This document shows, in pieces, positions 1-10,736 of a stretch of 64,000 nt of DNA (its first letter is position 1; every line of letters starts with the position of its first letter). The DNA is from an uncultured delta proteobacterium. Its GTDB lineage: Bacteria > Desulfobacterota > Desulfobacteria > Desulfobacterales > B30-G6. The stretch spans positions 96,001 to 160,000 of the forward strand of contig CAWGLD010000003.1 of assembly GCA_963823335.1 (NCBI GenBank), in the 5' to 3' direction. Below the pieces are notes generated by a model that saw only the letters and a list, made by a program, of their open reading frames with translations, was not told the DNA's origin and did not search any database. The translations under genes were made by a program, and so were the position numbers.

Positions 1-492
1 ATAGCCATTTCCCACCTTCCCGAGTATACAAAACCGGAATTCGATTCAATACCGGATCCTTACCGGGTCGTCGGAGACCGGTCAGACATGTCAGGTGCGG
101 ATTTTCCACGCCTCAGGTTCTCCTCGCGATCCCATGTGCCTCTGGATGGATCCGTTTATGAGAGTGTTGCGGAGATCGTTTACTATGTTTCGGAAGATGA
201 GGGGAGCGGTTATATGCTTCGCCGGTCGGACCGTTTGTACCCATATGGACCGCCCGAAGAACAGGCCGATGATCCGGTATTGTGTGAAAAACTGAAATCA
301 TTGGTATTTACCTATTACGATACCGAGGGCGAGTCCTACGACAGCTGGAATTCCGAGTCGGAAGACGTTTCCTATGCGACACCGAAATCCATCAATATCC
401 TGTTGGAAGTCGGTGGCGAGGGGGTGGTATCCAAGTTGTTTGAAACCATGGTGATGCTTCCGGTGGTCAGGGAAGCAATTGATAAAAAGTGA
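1..492 (+). CDS. gspJ: Type II secretion minor pseudopilin J, 5'-truncated by window edge
   Basis: Frame is open from base 1 into ORF 88..492; directly upstream of gspK; C-terminal beta-rich pattern (VFTYYD...WNS...PKSINILL) typical of GspJ. Confidence 0.7.
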   Translation: MAISHLPEYTKPEFDSIPDPYRVVGDRSDMSGADFPRLRFSSRSHVPLDGSVYESVAEIVYYVSEDEGSGYMLRRSDRLYPYGPPEEQADDPVLCEKLKSLVFTYYDTEGESYDSWNSESEDVSYATPKSINILLEVGGEGVVSKLFETMVMLPVVREAIDKK

Positions 493-516
493 TGCCTAAA
501 AAAAATAAAGAGCTAA

Positions 517-1587
517 ATGTCAAAGATGTGTAATAATAACCGGGGTATTGCCCTGATCATCACACTCTCCATTATTGCCGTGCTGGTTGTTACGACGCTG
601 GAACTGAATCGCAAAGCCCGTTCATCCGTATACGTGTCAGGCGCTTTTCGGGAAAGAATCCAGTTAAAGCAGATGAGCATGTCCGGCGTACACACCGCCA
701 TAGCGATCCTGATCAAAGATAAGGAGAATACCGATATCGACTCTATTCAGGAAGATTGGGCCAACCCGGAAAAAATGGAAGAACTTCTTCTTGAAATGCC
801 GTTTGATTACGGAAGGGTGCGGGTGTCGATTGTGGATGAGCTGGGAAAAATTCAGGTGAATTCACTGGTGAAATATCCGGACGGCCGGGAGTTCAACGAA
901 TCTCAGCGCCAGATGTGGGAGCACTTTCTGAACCTTGCTATTCCTGTGCTCGACAGAACCGATGACACAGCACCCATACCGATTATCAACTCACTTAAGG
1001 ACTGGCTCGATCGTGGGGATGACGACCTGATTACAGGGTTGAGCGGGGCTGAGTCAGAATATTACCGCGACCGGTCACCGTCCTATGAATGTCAAAATGG
1101 ACCGTTTCATCACCTGGGAGAACTCCTGTTGGTCAAGGGCATCACCCCCGATTTATTTGAAGGTGTGGGAGGTGTTCCCGGTATTGCAGACTACATGACG
1201 GTTTGGGGTATGACGGAATCGGGAGAGAATCAATTCACCTTCAAGGGGGCTATCAACATCAATACCGCGGATCTGGCTGTCATTGCAGCCCTACTACCTG
1301 TGGAGAGCGAGCATCTGGCGCAATCGATATTCGAGTACCGGGCGGAACTGTCGGATGATAAATATGTCCATGATCTTTCCAATCCTAAATGGTACACGGA
1401 AGCACCCGGTTGTAGCGATCTCGAAATAGACCCCAAGCTTATCCAGACGAATAGCGATCTCTTTCGTGTGCGTGCAGAAGCCCAGGCAAAAGGTATGACC
1501 CTCACGGCTGAGGTGGTTGTAAAACGCACCTTAGAAAGTAAAACAGGCAAATGGCATGCTGAAATCTTGAGTTTTCAGGAAAAATAG
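517..1587 (+). CDS. gspK: Type II secretion minor pseudopilin K
   Basis: N-terminal RG-IALIITLSII prepilin motif, then DELGKIQVN, DWLD-DDD, GAESEYY, ELLLVKG and ININTA motifs. Confidence 0.93.
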   Translation: MSKMCNNNRGIALIITLSIIAVLVVTTLELNRKARSSVYVSGAFRERIQLKQMSMSGVHTAIAILIKDKENTDIDSIQEDWANPEKMEELLLEMPFDYGRVRVSIVDELGKIQVNSLVKYPDGREFNESQRQMWEHFLNLAIPVLDRTDDTAPIPIINSLKDWLDRGDDDLITGLSGAESEYYRDRSPSYECQNGPFHHLGELLLVKGITPDLFEGVGGVPGIADYMTVWGMTESGENQFTFKGAININTADLAVIAALLPVESEHLAQSIFEYRAELSDDKYVHDLSNPKWYTEAPGCSDLEIDPKLIQTNSDLFRVRAEAQAKGMTLTAEVVVKRTLESKTGKWHAEILSFQEK

Positions 1588-1647
1588 GATATATATATTA
1601 TCTTATGCCATGTGTTTGGTAATTTTATCGGGTGAGCGTTTTAACTT

Positions 1648-3102
1648 ATGAGCAGAAAAATACTGGGTCTTGATATTCACTACGATGCGGTTTCGGCCGT
1701 TATAGTGAAGAGCGGCATGAGCGGCAGCTGGATAGAGAGCCATGCCCGTGTTCCCATTTCAGTGAAGGAGACCTCCTTTGAAGAGGAATTGAAACGGTCT
1801 CTCAACACTATCTGCGGGCAGCTCGATACCAGCGATACCGTCTGCATCGTGGCACTGCCGGCCGTTGATGTGACCTACCGTAACCTGAAGGCCCCCTTTA
1901 AAGAAATCAAGAAAGTGCGGCAGATACTCCCCTTTGAACTTGAAACAGACCTTCCTTACCAGGCTGAAGATATTGTCTTCGATTTCAATATGCTCGATAT
2001 TTCTTTGGAAACAGACGCGCCGCAGCTTTTTGCTGCGGCAATAGAGAAGCAGACCATTGCCGTCCTGATCGATATTCTGAAACCGTTTAATCTTGAACCG
2101 GATGTATTGACGATCGGCGGATACGCCATGGGACAATGCCTGTCCCGGTTGTCCGGAGAAAAGCACTGCCAGATGTTTCTGGATATCGGAGACGTCTACA
2201 CAACCATGGTCCTGTCCTTGTCAGGTGATGTCTGCCTGGTTCGCACCTTTTCGATCGTGGTTTCAGACAATTCAATACTCCGCTCGATCTGCTCTCAGAT
2301 AAACCGGACCCTGCTGGCATTTGAGAAGAAGTCCGGGTTGGCTTGTGAGCTAGATGAGATTCGAATTACTGGCTCATATTTGGCAAAGACTGACGTGGAT
2401 CAGGACCTTGAGACCTTTTTTGGTGCGCCAGTTACCCGTGCCGATCTCATGCAGAATTCAGGAAAGATCGCACTGTCTTCAAAAGAGGAAACCTGGGAAT
2501 CGCATCTGATGGATGGCGCTTTATCTCTGGTGTTGAACGAATTGTCAGGGTTCGGGACCTTGAATTTCAGAAGGGGCCGGATGGGGATGGAAAAGGCCTG
2601 GCTTGAGAACAAAAAAGATATACTCAAGACGTGCTGCCTGGGGGGTGTTGTCGCTCTGCTGTTTCTGGGTAACAGTATCGTAAATTACTATACACTGAAA
2701 CAGCGGGTTGAAACCAAGCATGCCGAAATTCTGGAAATATTTCAGAAGACTTTTCCGGAGGTGACCCAAATTGTGGACCCTGTTCACCAGATGCGGGTGA
2801 AATTGGAAGCCGCCGGGAAAGGTGTCTCGCAACCAGGTGAATTTGTGACATCGGTAAAGACGATCGACATTTTGAACGACATGAGTCGTTTCATACCGGA
2901 AAAACAGGATGTGGAGCTGGTGAGTATTATTGTGGGTTCGGATACTGTCATGGTTTCAGGCAATACCGATACGTTCAACGCTGTTGACGACATGAAGAGC
3001 GGATTGGAAAGGGCGGACATATTTAAAAGCGTATCCATCAGTTCGGCAAACATGAATCAGTCCGGCACGCGCGTGCGGTTTAAATTGAAGGTTGTCCTAT
3101 GA
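1648..3102 (+). CDS. gspL: Type II secretion protein L (PilM/PilN-like)
   Basis: ILGLDI actin-like N-terminus, FLDIG motif, one TM, periplasmic FPEV..IVDPV.QM motif; operon position. Confidence 0.82.
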   Translation: MSRKILGLDIHYDAVSAVIVKSGMSGSWIESHARVPISVKETSFEEELKRSLNTICGQLDTSDTVCIVALPAVDVTYRNLKAPFKEIKKVRQILPFELETDLPYQAEDIVFDFNMLDISLETDAPQLFAAAIEKQTIAVLIDILKPFNLEPDVLTIGGYAMGQCLSRLSGEKHCQMFLDIGDVYTTMVLSLSGDVCLVRTFSIVVSDNSILRSICSQINRTLLAFEKKSGLACELDEIRITGSYLAKTDVDQDLETFFGAPVTRADLMQNSGKIALSSKEETWESHLMDGALSLVLNELSGFGTLNFRRGRMGMEKAWLENKKDILKTCCLGGVVALLFLGNSIVNYYTLKQRVETKHAEILEIFQKTFPEVTQIVDPVHQMRVKLEAAGKGVSQPGEFVTSVKTIDILNDMSRFIPEKQDVELVSIIVGSDTVMVSGNTDTFNAVDDMKSGLERADIFKSVSISSANMNQSGTRVRFKLKVVL

Positions 3103-3647
3103 TAAAAAGACTTCGCCCATTTTTAGCCAAACTGAGCAATCGAGAGAAGATAGCTCTCAGCATCGGTGTTGGTTTTGTGGGTATTTTTGTCCTCGTTCAA
3201 CTCACTGTTTTTCCGTTTGTAGATGCCAGGGAAAGGCTTCAGCGAAGACTGGCATTGCATACCAGAAGTTATGATGAGATCAAGCAGTTACGGTTAAAAT
3301 ACCTGGAGTTACAGAATCGTGCCGACAATTCAAAAATACAGTTTAACCGGCGACAAAGGGGGTTTACGTTATTCTCCTTTCTCGACAAGCTTGCTGGGCA
3401 GGTGGGTATTAAAGAACGCATCACCTATATGAAACCATCGTCAACCAAACAGAAAGACACGCCCTACAGCCTGTCGCTCGTCGAGATGAAACTGAATGGC
3501 ATTACCATGGAGCAAATTACCAGGTTTCTATATCGCATCGAAACATCACCAAACATGATTCATGTTCGGAGATTGTCCCTCAACAAGAAGGAAGAAAAAG
3601 AAGGGCTGTTGGATGTGATACTGCAGGTAGAAACATTTGAAGTTTAG
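3099..3647 (+). CDS. gspM: Type II secretion protein M
   Basis: LSNREK followed by a TM, then a ferredoxin-like C-terminus; 4-bp overlap with gspL. Confidence 0.8.
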   Translation: MIKRLRPFLAKLSNREKIALSIGVGFVGIFVLVQLTVFPFVDARERLQRRLALHTRSYDEIKQLRLKYLELQNRADNSKIQFNRRQRGFTLFSFLDKLAGQVGIKERITYMKPSSTKQKDTPYSLSLVEMKLNGITMEQITRFLYRIETSPNMIHVRRLSLNKKEEKEGLLDVILQVETFEV

Positions 3648-3650
3648 TTT

Positions 3651-4517
3651 ATGAATAACTATAAGAAATCACTATTGTACATCGCCTATACCTTTGTTGC
3701 AATTGGATGCTTTCTCTATTTTCTGTTTCCATCGCAAACATTCAAGGGCGTGGTGTCCACCTATCTTCTGAAAATGTTACCAGACTATCAGATCCGGTTC
3801 GAGCGTCTGAAGCCGGTTTTGCCCCTGGGACTCGGGTTTGAGACGCTAAGCGTCTTGCAGAACGACCACACGAGAGCTCAAATCGACAGTCTGAGTGTGA
3901 CACCCCGGATTACATCATTATTGTCATCCCGGAAAACGATCAATTATCGTGGCAGGGCCTATCAGGGGTTCCTGAGGGGGCACATGGATGTAAACACTGC
4001 TGAAAAAAGCACCCAGACGGATATATTTCTCAAACTGGCTGATATACAGTTATCCGATATTGCCTACCTGCAGGAGAGATTGGGGAGAAAAGTGTCCGGG
4101 TTCCTGAATGCAGACATGGACCTCATCGACAACAATGGACCAAGAAGAAGTGTAAAAGGCAAACTGGATTTTGCGGATGTGCGCATCGAGTTGGCGAATC
4201 CCATCATCAACATTCAGGAGGTGGTGCTCAACCTCGTTGAGGCTGAGTTTAATGTGAATAAACAGGTTTTTTCACTGAAACGTCTGGAGGCCAAGGGCGG
4301 GCAGGTGGAAGGCAGTCTGACAGGTACGGTTATGATTCGAAAACCCATGGGCAATAGCCGCATTAATCTGAGGGGTACGATTTTTCCGCAGGAGGTATTG
4401 CTGGCGGGTATTAAGGATTTTTTACCTGGAAACTTTTTCAAGCAGCAGACGGGCGGCAACGGGTTGCCCATCCGTATATTCGGGACCATCGAAAAACCGA
4501 AATTTTCATTCCGGTAA
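3651..4517 (+). CDS. gspN: Type II secretion protein N
   Basis: N-terminal TM with FLYFLFP, beta-rich body, C-terminal I-GTIEKP; operon position. Confidence 0.78.
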   Translation: MNNYKKSLLYIAYTFVAIGCFLYFLFPSQTFKGVVSTYLLKMLPDYQIRFERLKPVLPLGLGFETLSVLQNDHTRAQIDSLSVTPRITSLLSSRKTINYRGRAYQGFLRGHMDVNTAEKSTQTDIFLKLADIQLSDIAYLQERLGRKVSGFLNADMDLIDNNGPRRSVKGKLDFADVRIELANPIINIQEVVLNLVEAEFNVNKQVFSLKRLEAKGGQVEGSLTGTVMIRKPMGNSRINLRGTIFPQEVLLAGIKDFLPGNFFKQQTGGNGLPIRIFGTIEKPKFSFR

Positions 4518-4542
4518 TGGGTCCTTACACCTTAAGGTATTT

Positions 4543-5412
4543 ATGAGAACCTATTTGATACTCATCAATCTACTTCTTCTGACCGGGGCGTCCTACCTCG
4601 GTGTCAGCACCTTTTACCAGGTGGTCGGCACCAGATTCGAGGTCACCAGCCCTTCCATTGAGGATAGTGAAACGAAAACAGTCCCCACCGGGGGATCCGT
4701 TAAACTTCTGTCTGAGTACATAGCCATAGAAGAGCGTAACCTGTTCAGGCTTGCTGACAAGCAGGCACTGGTGACGGAGCCGGCCAAGGTCGATATCGAA
4801 GCATTGGAAAAGACCAAACTGCAGCTGAAGCTCTGGGGTACGGTAACCGGGAATGGTCAGAATGATTATGCCGTTATAGAGGATGTCAAACAACGTTTGC
4901 AACAGCTGTATCACAGGGAGGATGCCATACAGAATGCCATCGTCAAGGAGATACACCGGGAGAAGGTCATTCTGGAAGTGAATGGCGGTTTTGAAGTACT
5001 GCAGATGGAGGATATTCAAGGAACCGCCGCTGGAGGTAATGTTGCCAGCCGAGCAAACGGTAAGATACCGGAAGAATCCAGAACGTCTGAACCTAAAAAA
5101 ATTTCATTAAAGCGGGAACGGATCGATGCGGCGGTGAACGATCTGGGCAGCCTGATGAAACAGGTACGCATACGTCCTCATTTCAAGGATGGCCAATCCG
5201 ACGGGCTGACGCTTTCCGGTATTCGATCCAATTCCATATTTGGCGAGATGGGCTTCAGAAACGGTGATACCATTGTCGGAGTGGATGGCAAGAAGATCGA
5301 ATCTGTGGACGATGCTCTGAGTCTTTACGGAAACTTACAGACAGCAGAGAATGTACGGGTTGAGATCAGGAGAAGAGGGCGGTTGCAGACCATAGATTAT
5401 TCGGTGGAGTGA
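4543..5412 (+). CDS. gspC: Type II secretion protein C with PDZ domain
   Basis: TM, RNLF motif, LKLWGTV HR domain and C-terminal PDZ (GFRNGDTIVGVDG). Confidence 0.88.
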   Translation: MRTYLILINLLLLTGASYLGVSTFYQVVGTRFEVTSPSIEDSETKTVPTGGSVKLLSEYIAIEERNLFRLADKQALVTEPAKVDIEALEKTKLQLKLWGTVTGNGQNDYAVIEDVKQRLQQLYHREDAIQNAIVKEIHREKVILEVNGGFEVLQMEDIQGTAAGGNVASRANGKIPEESRTSEPKKISLKRERIDAAVNDLGSLMKQVRIRPHFKDGQSDGLTLSGIRSNSIFGEMGFRNGDTIVGVDGKKIESVDDALSLYGNLQTAENVRVEIRRRGRLQTIDYSVE

Positions 5413-5517
5413 TCTATTGAAGGGTCCAAGGGGTCGAGGATTCCAGGGTCCGAGTGAAAAAAAGTTAAGCATTAGCGCTAACTGTTCAAAAGTTATATGG
5501 GGATGAATGGTAACTTT

Positions 5518-7488
5518 ATGAAAACATATCAAAATTTATTGAAAATTGTCGTGGTTTTTTCAATGTTGCTTCTGCTGTTGCAACCTGCAGTTGGTGCTGA
5601 AAACAAGATCGGCCAGAATGGTAGATTGGTATCGATCGATTTCAACAGTGTCGATCTCAATGTTCTGATCAAATTCATCAGTGAGCTCACCGGCAAGAAT
5701 TTTGTTATCGACCAACGCGTGAAGGGGAAAGCCACCATCATTTCACCTTCCAAGATATCTGTTGCCGAGGCGTACAAGGTATTTGAGTCGGTTCTCGAAG
5801 TCCATGGATTTACCACCATACAGGCAGGCAAGATCATCAAGATTGTTCCGTCTCCAGATGCGCGATCAAAAAATATCGAAACACGACTCAGGGAGGAGTC
5901 CGGTGTAGCCGCAGACAAAGTTGTAACCCAGCTCATCCCTCTGAAATATGCCGCTGCATCTGAAATCAAGAAACTGTTTGCCCCTCTGGTATCCAAAAGC
6001 AGTATCATTCTCGATTATCCGCCTACCAATACCCTGATCGTGACGGATGTCTATTCGAATATCCAGCGCCTGACCAAGATTCTGGACGCCATCGATATTT
6101 TGAAGTCCGGTCTGGAATTAAGCATTGTGTCACTGGCTTACGCGGATGCCAAGGAGATGGTAAAAACACTCGATTCCATCTATAACGTTGCGGCGTCGAA
6201 GTCCAAAAAAGATGCCGACCAGACCAATATTATCAAGTTTGTTGCCGATGATCGCACGAACATACTCATCATCCTGGCCAGTGAAGGGAATACCGTTAAA
6301 ATCAAGGAACTTCTCACGCTTCTTGACACGGCCACCCCCAAAGGCAAGGAAAGCATTCATGTGTATTATCTTGAAAATGCCATCGCAGAAGATCTTGCCG
6401 CCGTTCTGGAGGCCATACCCAGCAAGAAAACGGATACTGGATCGGCCAAAACAGCGCCCGTGGTATCGTCAAAGGCGCGGATCACGGCGGACAAGGCCAC
6501 CAACAGTCTGATCATCACGGCTGAAAAAGAAGACTACCAGGCACTGGAGGCGGTGATTCGCAAACTCGATATTCCCCGGGCCATGGTCTATATCGAATGC
6601 CTCATCATGGAGGTCGATGTCGAAAAGGATTTTCTCCTGGGGACCGAATGGATTATTGGTGAAAAGTTTCGTTTTAACGGGGACTCCTACGGTGGCACGG
6701 GTGGTTTCAGCGGGGGCGATCCAGGATATTCCAACCTGCGGGGTCTTTCCGGAGGCCTTACGGGAATCGCGTCCTATCCCCCAGGCTATTCCATGGGGGT
6801 GTTTGGGGAATCCATCAGTGTGGGTGGTGTAACCTTTCCGAGTCTGGGAGCCGTTGTCCAGGCTTACAAAAGAGACAAGGACGTCAACATCCTTTCGACA
6901 CCACAGATTTTGACAACGGATAACCAAGAAGCCACCATCAATGTGGGCAAAAATGTTCCCTACCAGACACGATCTGCGGCTGAATCCGGCACCGAAACAT
7001 ACAGCTCCTATGAATACAAAGACGTGGGAATCATACTGAAAATCACACCCCACATCAGCCAGGACAGATTTGTGCGTCTCACCATCAACCAGGAGGTGAC
7101 ACAGCTCGATGATTTGGCTACGACCACGGCGGACCGACCCACCACATTCAAACGGACCATCGATACCACGGTGATTGTCAAGGACAAAGAAACGGTGGTC
7201 ATCGGTGGTCTCATCGATGACAAGGCGACAGGAACGACGTACGGGGTGCCTTGCCTGGGAGATATTCCCATTATCGGGTGGATGTTCAAGACAGATAATG
7301 ATGCCATGGAAAAAACGAATCTTTTTGTATTTCTGACACCCCGGGTGGTGGCCAACCCGGCCGAGGCCCAAGCATTATACGAGATGAAAAAAGAACTGAT
7401 CGAAGAAGCCGAAAGAAATCAAGAAGGAAAGACGATGGAGGAGGAGCATCAGGAAGACGTGGATGCAATTGATGCACTTAAAGAATGA
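5518..7488 (+). CDS. gspD: Type II secretion secretin D
   Basis: Signal peptide, N0-N3 domains, secretin signature VPCLGDIPIIGWMF...KTNLFVFLTPRVV; start may be 5497 or 5518. Confidence 0.95.
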   Translation: MKTYQNLLKIVVVFSMLLLLLQPAVGAENKIGQNGRLVSIDFNSVDLNVLIKFISELTGKNFVIDQRVKGKATIISPSKISVAEAYKVFESVLEVHGFTTIQAGKIIKIVPSPDARSKNIETRLREESGVAADKVVTQLIPLKYAAASEIKKLFAPLVSKSSIILDYPPTNTLIVTDVYSNIQRLTKILDAIDILKSGLELSIVSLAYADAKEMVKTLDSIYNVAASKSKKDADQTNIIKFVADDRTNILIILASEGNTVKIKELLTLLDTATPKGKESIHVYYLENAIAEDLAAVLEAIPSKKTDTGSAKTAPVVSSKARITADKATNSLIITAEKEDYQALEAVIRKLDIPRAMVYIECLIMEVDVEKDFLLGTEWIIGEKFRFNGDSYGGTGGFSGGDPGYSNLRGLSGGLTGIASYPPGYSMGVFGESISVGGVTFPSLGAVVQAYKRDKDVNILSTPQILTTDNQEATINVGKNVPYQTRSAAESGTETYSSYEYKDVGIILKITPHISQDRFVRLTINQEVTQLDDLATTTADRPTTFKRTIDTTVIVKDKETVVIGGLIDDKATGTTYGVPCLGDIPIIGWMFKTDNDAMEKTNLFVFLTPRVVANPAEAQALYEMKKELIEEAERNQEGKTMEEEHQEDVDAIDALKE

Positions 7489-7501
7489 TCAGAAGAGTCA
7501 T

Positions 7502-9262
7502 ATGAGAACACCACTTACCCAAATTCTGAAACTACACTGCCATGTCACCGATAGTGACATTCAGGACGCCCTCAGGATCCAGGCAGAAAAAGGCGGCGAC
7601 ATCGGCAGCATACTTAAGATGAAAAAGGTGATCTCTGAAAAGCAGCTTTTGAAGGCCATTGGCCTCCAGTATGATATCCCTTTCTGGGCAAAACTGCCTC
7701 TGGAGGCCATTGGCAAAGATTTTGCCGAGCAGGTACCAAGCCCTTTCTTGAAAAAGCATCAGATCGTACCCCTGGAGAAAAGGCGCCAAAATCTTGTGGA
7801 CATCGCATCCGGTGAGTTTCCGGACGTCTTGGACATTGATGCGGACTCAGGCAGTGACGGCATTATTATCGCCACCAACGATCCCGACAATTTTCAGCCC
7901 ATGGACGATCTTGCCCGGCTTCTCGGCATCGATACCTATGACATTGTACTGGCACCAAAAGATGAAATCATCTCCGCCATCAACCTTTCCTACGATTTCA
8001 GCAGAGATTCTGCAGAACAGCTTGTTCAGAACATGGAAGAAAGCGGCAGCATGATTATCAGTGAAATAGAAGATACTGCTGATCTTCTGGACGATACCAG
8101 TGATGCACCCATCATTAAGCTCGTCAACCATATTATCTCGCAGTCCATCAAGGCCAGAGCCAGCGATATTCACATCGAACCTTATCAGGATAGTTTTAAA
8201 GTCCGATACCGGGTCGATGGTATTCTGTATGACCTGCTCACGCCACCCAAATGGATTCAGGCCTCCCTTATTTCCAGAATCAAGGTGATGGCCAAAATGA
8301 ACATTGCCGAGAAACGGCTTCCACAGGATGGGCGCATTAATCTGAAGATCGGGAATCAGGAAATTGATGTGCGTGTGTCCACGATTCCAACCTCATTCGG
8401 CGAAAGGGTTGTCATGCGGTTGCTGAACAAGACGAGTTCCCTGATGAGGCTCAGCGACCTGGGGCTGGATACGGAAATGCTCGCGATGTTGAAAAAGCTT
8501 GTAGCCTCGCCCAACGGCATGATTCTGATGACCGGGCCCACAGGGAGCGGCAAGACCACAACCTTATACGCGGTGCTTTCCTCCATTAATTCTCCGGATA
8601 TCAACATCATCACCATCGAGGACCCCATTGAGTATCAAATCAACGGTATCAGCCAGATCCAGGTGAACCCCAAAATTGACCTGACCTTTGCCAGGGGGCT
8701 GCGCTCCATTGTCCGACAGGATCCGGATGTGGTGCTGGTGGGTGAAATTCGTGATTATGAAACCGCCGAAATCGCGGTCCAGTCCGCCCTGACAGGACAC
8801 CTTGTGTTTTCGACACTCCACACAAACGATTCGGCCGGTGCCATCACGCGGCTGGTGGACATCGGTATCGAACCGTTTTTGATTTCATCATCCATCATTG
8901 CCGTTGCCGCCCAGCGGCTGGTAAGGGTGCTCTGCGAAGACTGTAAGGAGTTACACCATCCGGATGAGGTCATGCTCATGACCATCGGTATTCCAAGCTC
9001 AACAACTAATGGCACCGAGATTTACAAGGCAGTTGGTTGTGAGAAATGCTTCCACACGGGCTACCGGGGACGTATCGGTATCTATGAGTTGATGCTGATG
9101 GGCCAGGAATTAAAAGGCCTTATTCTCAAATCGTATGATGCGAACCGTATTATGGAAGAAGCCAGAAAACTGAACATGGTCAGCCTGCGGCAGGACGGTA
9201 TCCAAAAAGTGCTAAGGGGTATCACCACAATTGAAGAGGTTCTCAGGGTGACACAGAAGTGA
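7502..9262 (+). CDS. gspE: Type II secretion ATPase E
   Basis: ASDIHIEP, Walker A GPTGSGKTT, RQDPDVVLVGEIRD, HLVFSTLHTN and tetracysteine motif; start 7463 or 7502. Confidence 0.96.
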   Translation: MRTPLTQILKLHCHVTDSDIQDALRIQAEKGGDIGSILKMKKVISEKQLLKAIGLQYDIPFWAKLPLEAIGKDFAEQVPSPFLKKHQIVPLEKRRQNLVDIASGEFPDVLDIDADSGSDGIIIATNDPDNFQPMDDLARLLGIDTYDIVLAPKDEIISAINLSYDFSRDSAEQLVQNMEESGSMIISEIEDTADLLDDTSDAPIIKLVNHIISQSIKARASDIHIEPYQDSFKVRYRVDGILYDLLTPPKWIQASLISRIKVMAKMNIAEKRLPQDGRINLKIGNQEIDVRVSTIPTSFGERVVMRLLNKTSSLMRLSDLGLDTEMLAMLKKLVASPNGMILMTGPTGSGKTTTLYAVLSSINSPDINIITIEDPIEYQINGISQIQVNPKIDLTFARGLRSIVRQDPDVVLVGEIRDYETAEIAVQSALTGHLVFSTLHTNDSAGAITRLVDIGIEPFLISSSIIAVAAQRLVRVLCEDCKELHHPDEVMLMTIGIPSSTTNGTEIYKAVGCEKCFHTGYRGRIGIYELMLMGQELKGLILKSYDANRIMEEARKLNMVSLRQDGIQKVLRGITTIEEVLRVTQK

Positions 9263-9275
9263 TGAATTCGTAAAG

Positions 9276-9434
9276 ATGAACGTCCAACATCGAACGCTTA
9301 ACATCGAACATCGAATGAAAAAGAATATTGAACCCACGGGGAATGCGCTCGCTGCTGCTGTTCAATACCGACGTCTGTTTCTTCATCTTTCAAATTCAGC
9401 ATTCGATGTTGGACGTTCGATGTTCGATGTTCAT
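9276..9434. repeat. Inverted pair of heptamer tandem arrays (AACATCG/AACGTCC ... CGATGTT/GGACGTT)
   Basis: Arms at 9276-9317 and 9400-9434 are approximate reverse complements; a related single arm lies at 45613-45654. Confidence 0.85.
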
Positions 9435-9458
9435 TCTTTTTTCAGCACTGGTGGGTTA

Positions 9459-10403
9459 TTGTATCGACAAGATAGGATTGGGCGCAGGATCGTCTTTTTG
9501 CTGGCGATGACCCTGCTTCCCATTTTTGCCAATTTATCCTCTGCGGAAACAACCGTTAGCATAGATGCGGATATGCAGTTTCAGTATGCGGAACAGCTGT
9601 ATTCCCAGAAAAAATATATGATTGCCGTCATCGAATACGAACGGTTTGTCTACCTGTTTCCAGGGGATGAGCGTGTGTCTGAATCCAGATATCAAATGGG
9701 CATGGCCTACTACTCAGAAAGGCGGTATATAGAGGCCATCCAGTCTTTCAGTGCTTTGATGGAGACAGAAGATGTGGGGCTGGCCTATCATTCCCGGGCT
9801 TTCTTCATGACCGCGGAGAGTCAGTTGAGGCTGGGGCGGCGCTCATCAGCGCTGACAACCCTTTACAACCTTGTGACTTTCTCAAAGGATACGGATGTGC
9901 AGGACGAGGCCAATTATCGTATCGGCTGGATTTTCCTCGAAACGGCTGACTGGGAAAAAGCCCGAACCTATTTTCAAGAGATCAGCGATCGGAATCATGT
10001 AAAATACCGCCTGGCCGATCTGCTCAGAGGTCTTGAGAGTGCCGGCGACATCCATCACAAAAGCCCGGGCATGGCCGGTGCCCTGGCCATCCTTCCCGGA
10101 GGAGGTTATCTCTACTGCAACCGGCCCCGGGATGCCCTGATCTCCTTTCTGTTGAACGGCGGCCTCATCTATGCTGCTTATGAAGCCTTTGACAATGAGA
10201 TGTACGCCCTCGGCGGCGTTATCTCTTTTGTGGAAATCGGGTTTTATTCCGGCAGTATCTACGGTTCCATCTCCAGCGCCCACAAATACAACCGGGATCA
10301 GGACAGGCGGTTTATCGATGGTCTCAAGCAAAACCTGAAGATCAACCTGTCTTCACGGCCCGAAAACAAGGGGCTCGAACTGTCGCTTCGGTATTGTTTT
10401 TAA
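9459..10403 (+). CDS. Exported tetratricopeptide-repeat protein (BamD/YfiO-like) with C-terminal hydrophobic segment
   Basis: TPR-like helices (QFQYAEQLY, YQMGMAYY, YRIGWIFL); the ORF start at 9276 runs through the heptamer repeat, so the real start is probably TTG 9459 or later. Confidence 0.7.
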   Translation: MYRQDRIGRRIVFLLAMTLLPIFANLSSAETTVSIDADMQFQYAEQLYSQKKYMIAVIEYERFVYLFPGDERVSESRYQMGMAYYSERRYIEAIQSFSALMETEDVGLAYHSRAFFMTAESQLRLGRRSSALTTLYNLVTFSKDTDVQDEANYRIGWIFLETADWEKARTYFQEISDRNHVKYRLADLLRGLESAGDIHHKSPGMAGALAILPGGGYLYCNRPRDALISFLLNGGLIYAAYEAFDNEMYALGGVISFVEIGFYSGSIYGSISSAHKYNRDQDRRFIDGLKQNLKINLSSRPENKGLELSLRYCF

Positions 10404-10612
10404 TTGCCGAGGACACGCAGACAGTCCTGGGGCAGGCGGTGGGTACCTTTGTCTTCCAGACTCACTTCCACCAGGGCCTCTGGGTCGTTGATTGCGGTGT
10501 CCGGATCCGTGATGATGCCGTGGCAGCCGATATAATCGTCCATGTAGCTTTCCCAGCCTTCATCATCGGATTTACGGAAGACTTCCACGTGCTGACCCCT
10601 TCGAAATATCAT
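10400..10612 (-). CDS. Small hypothetical protein (SH3/KOW-like beta fold possible)
   Basis: 70-aa ORF with AAGGAG Shine-Dalgarno upstream. Confidence 0.65.
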   Translation of the reverse strand: MIFRRGQHVEVFRKSDDEGWESYMDDYIGCHGIITDPDTAINDPEALVEVSLEDKGTHRLPQDCLRVLGN

Positions 10613-10642
10613 TGGCGGTCTCCTTGATACAATTCCTTCTAG

Positions 10643-10718
10643 TTGAACCGAAAAAGCGAGCGCATTCCCCGTAGGTTCTGCCGTTCGGCAGTGCTTCGCA
10701 TGCTGCGAGGTTCTTCAA
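10643..10718. mobile_element. Palindromic mini-element family A, short form
   Basis: Near-identical to 29171-29245 and 45531-45604 and to parts of 60310-60475. Confidence 0.85.
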
Positions 10719-10736
10719 AAACCCTGTTTCATCAAG

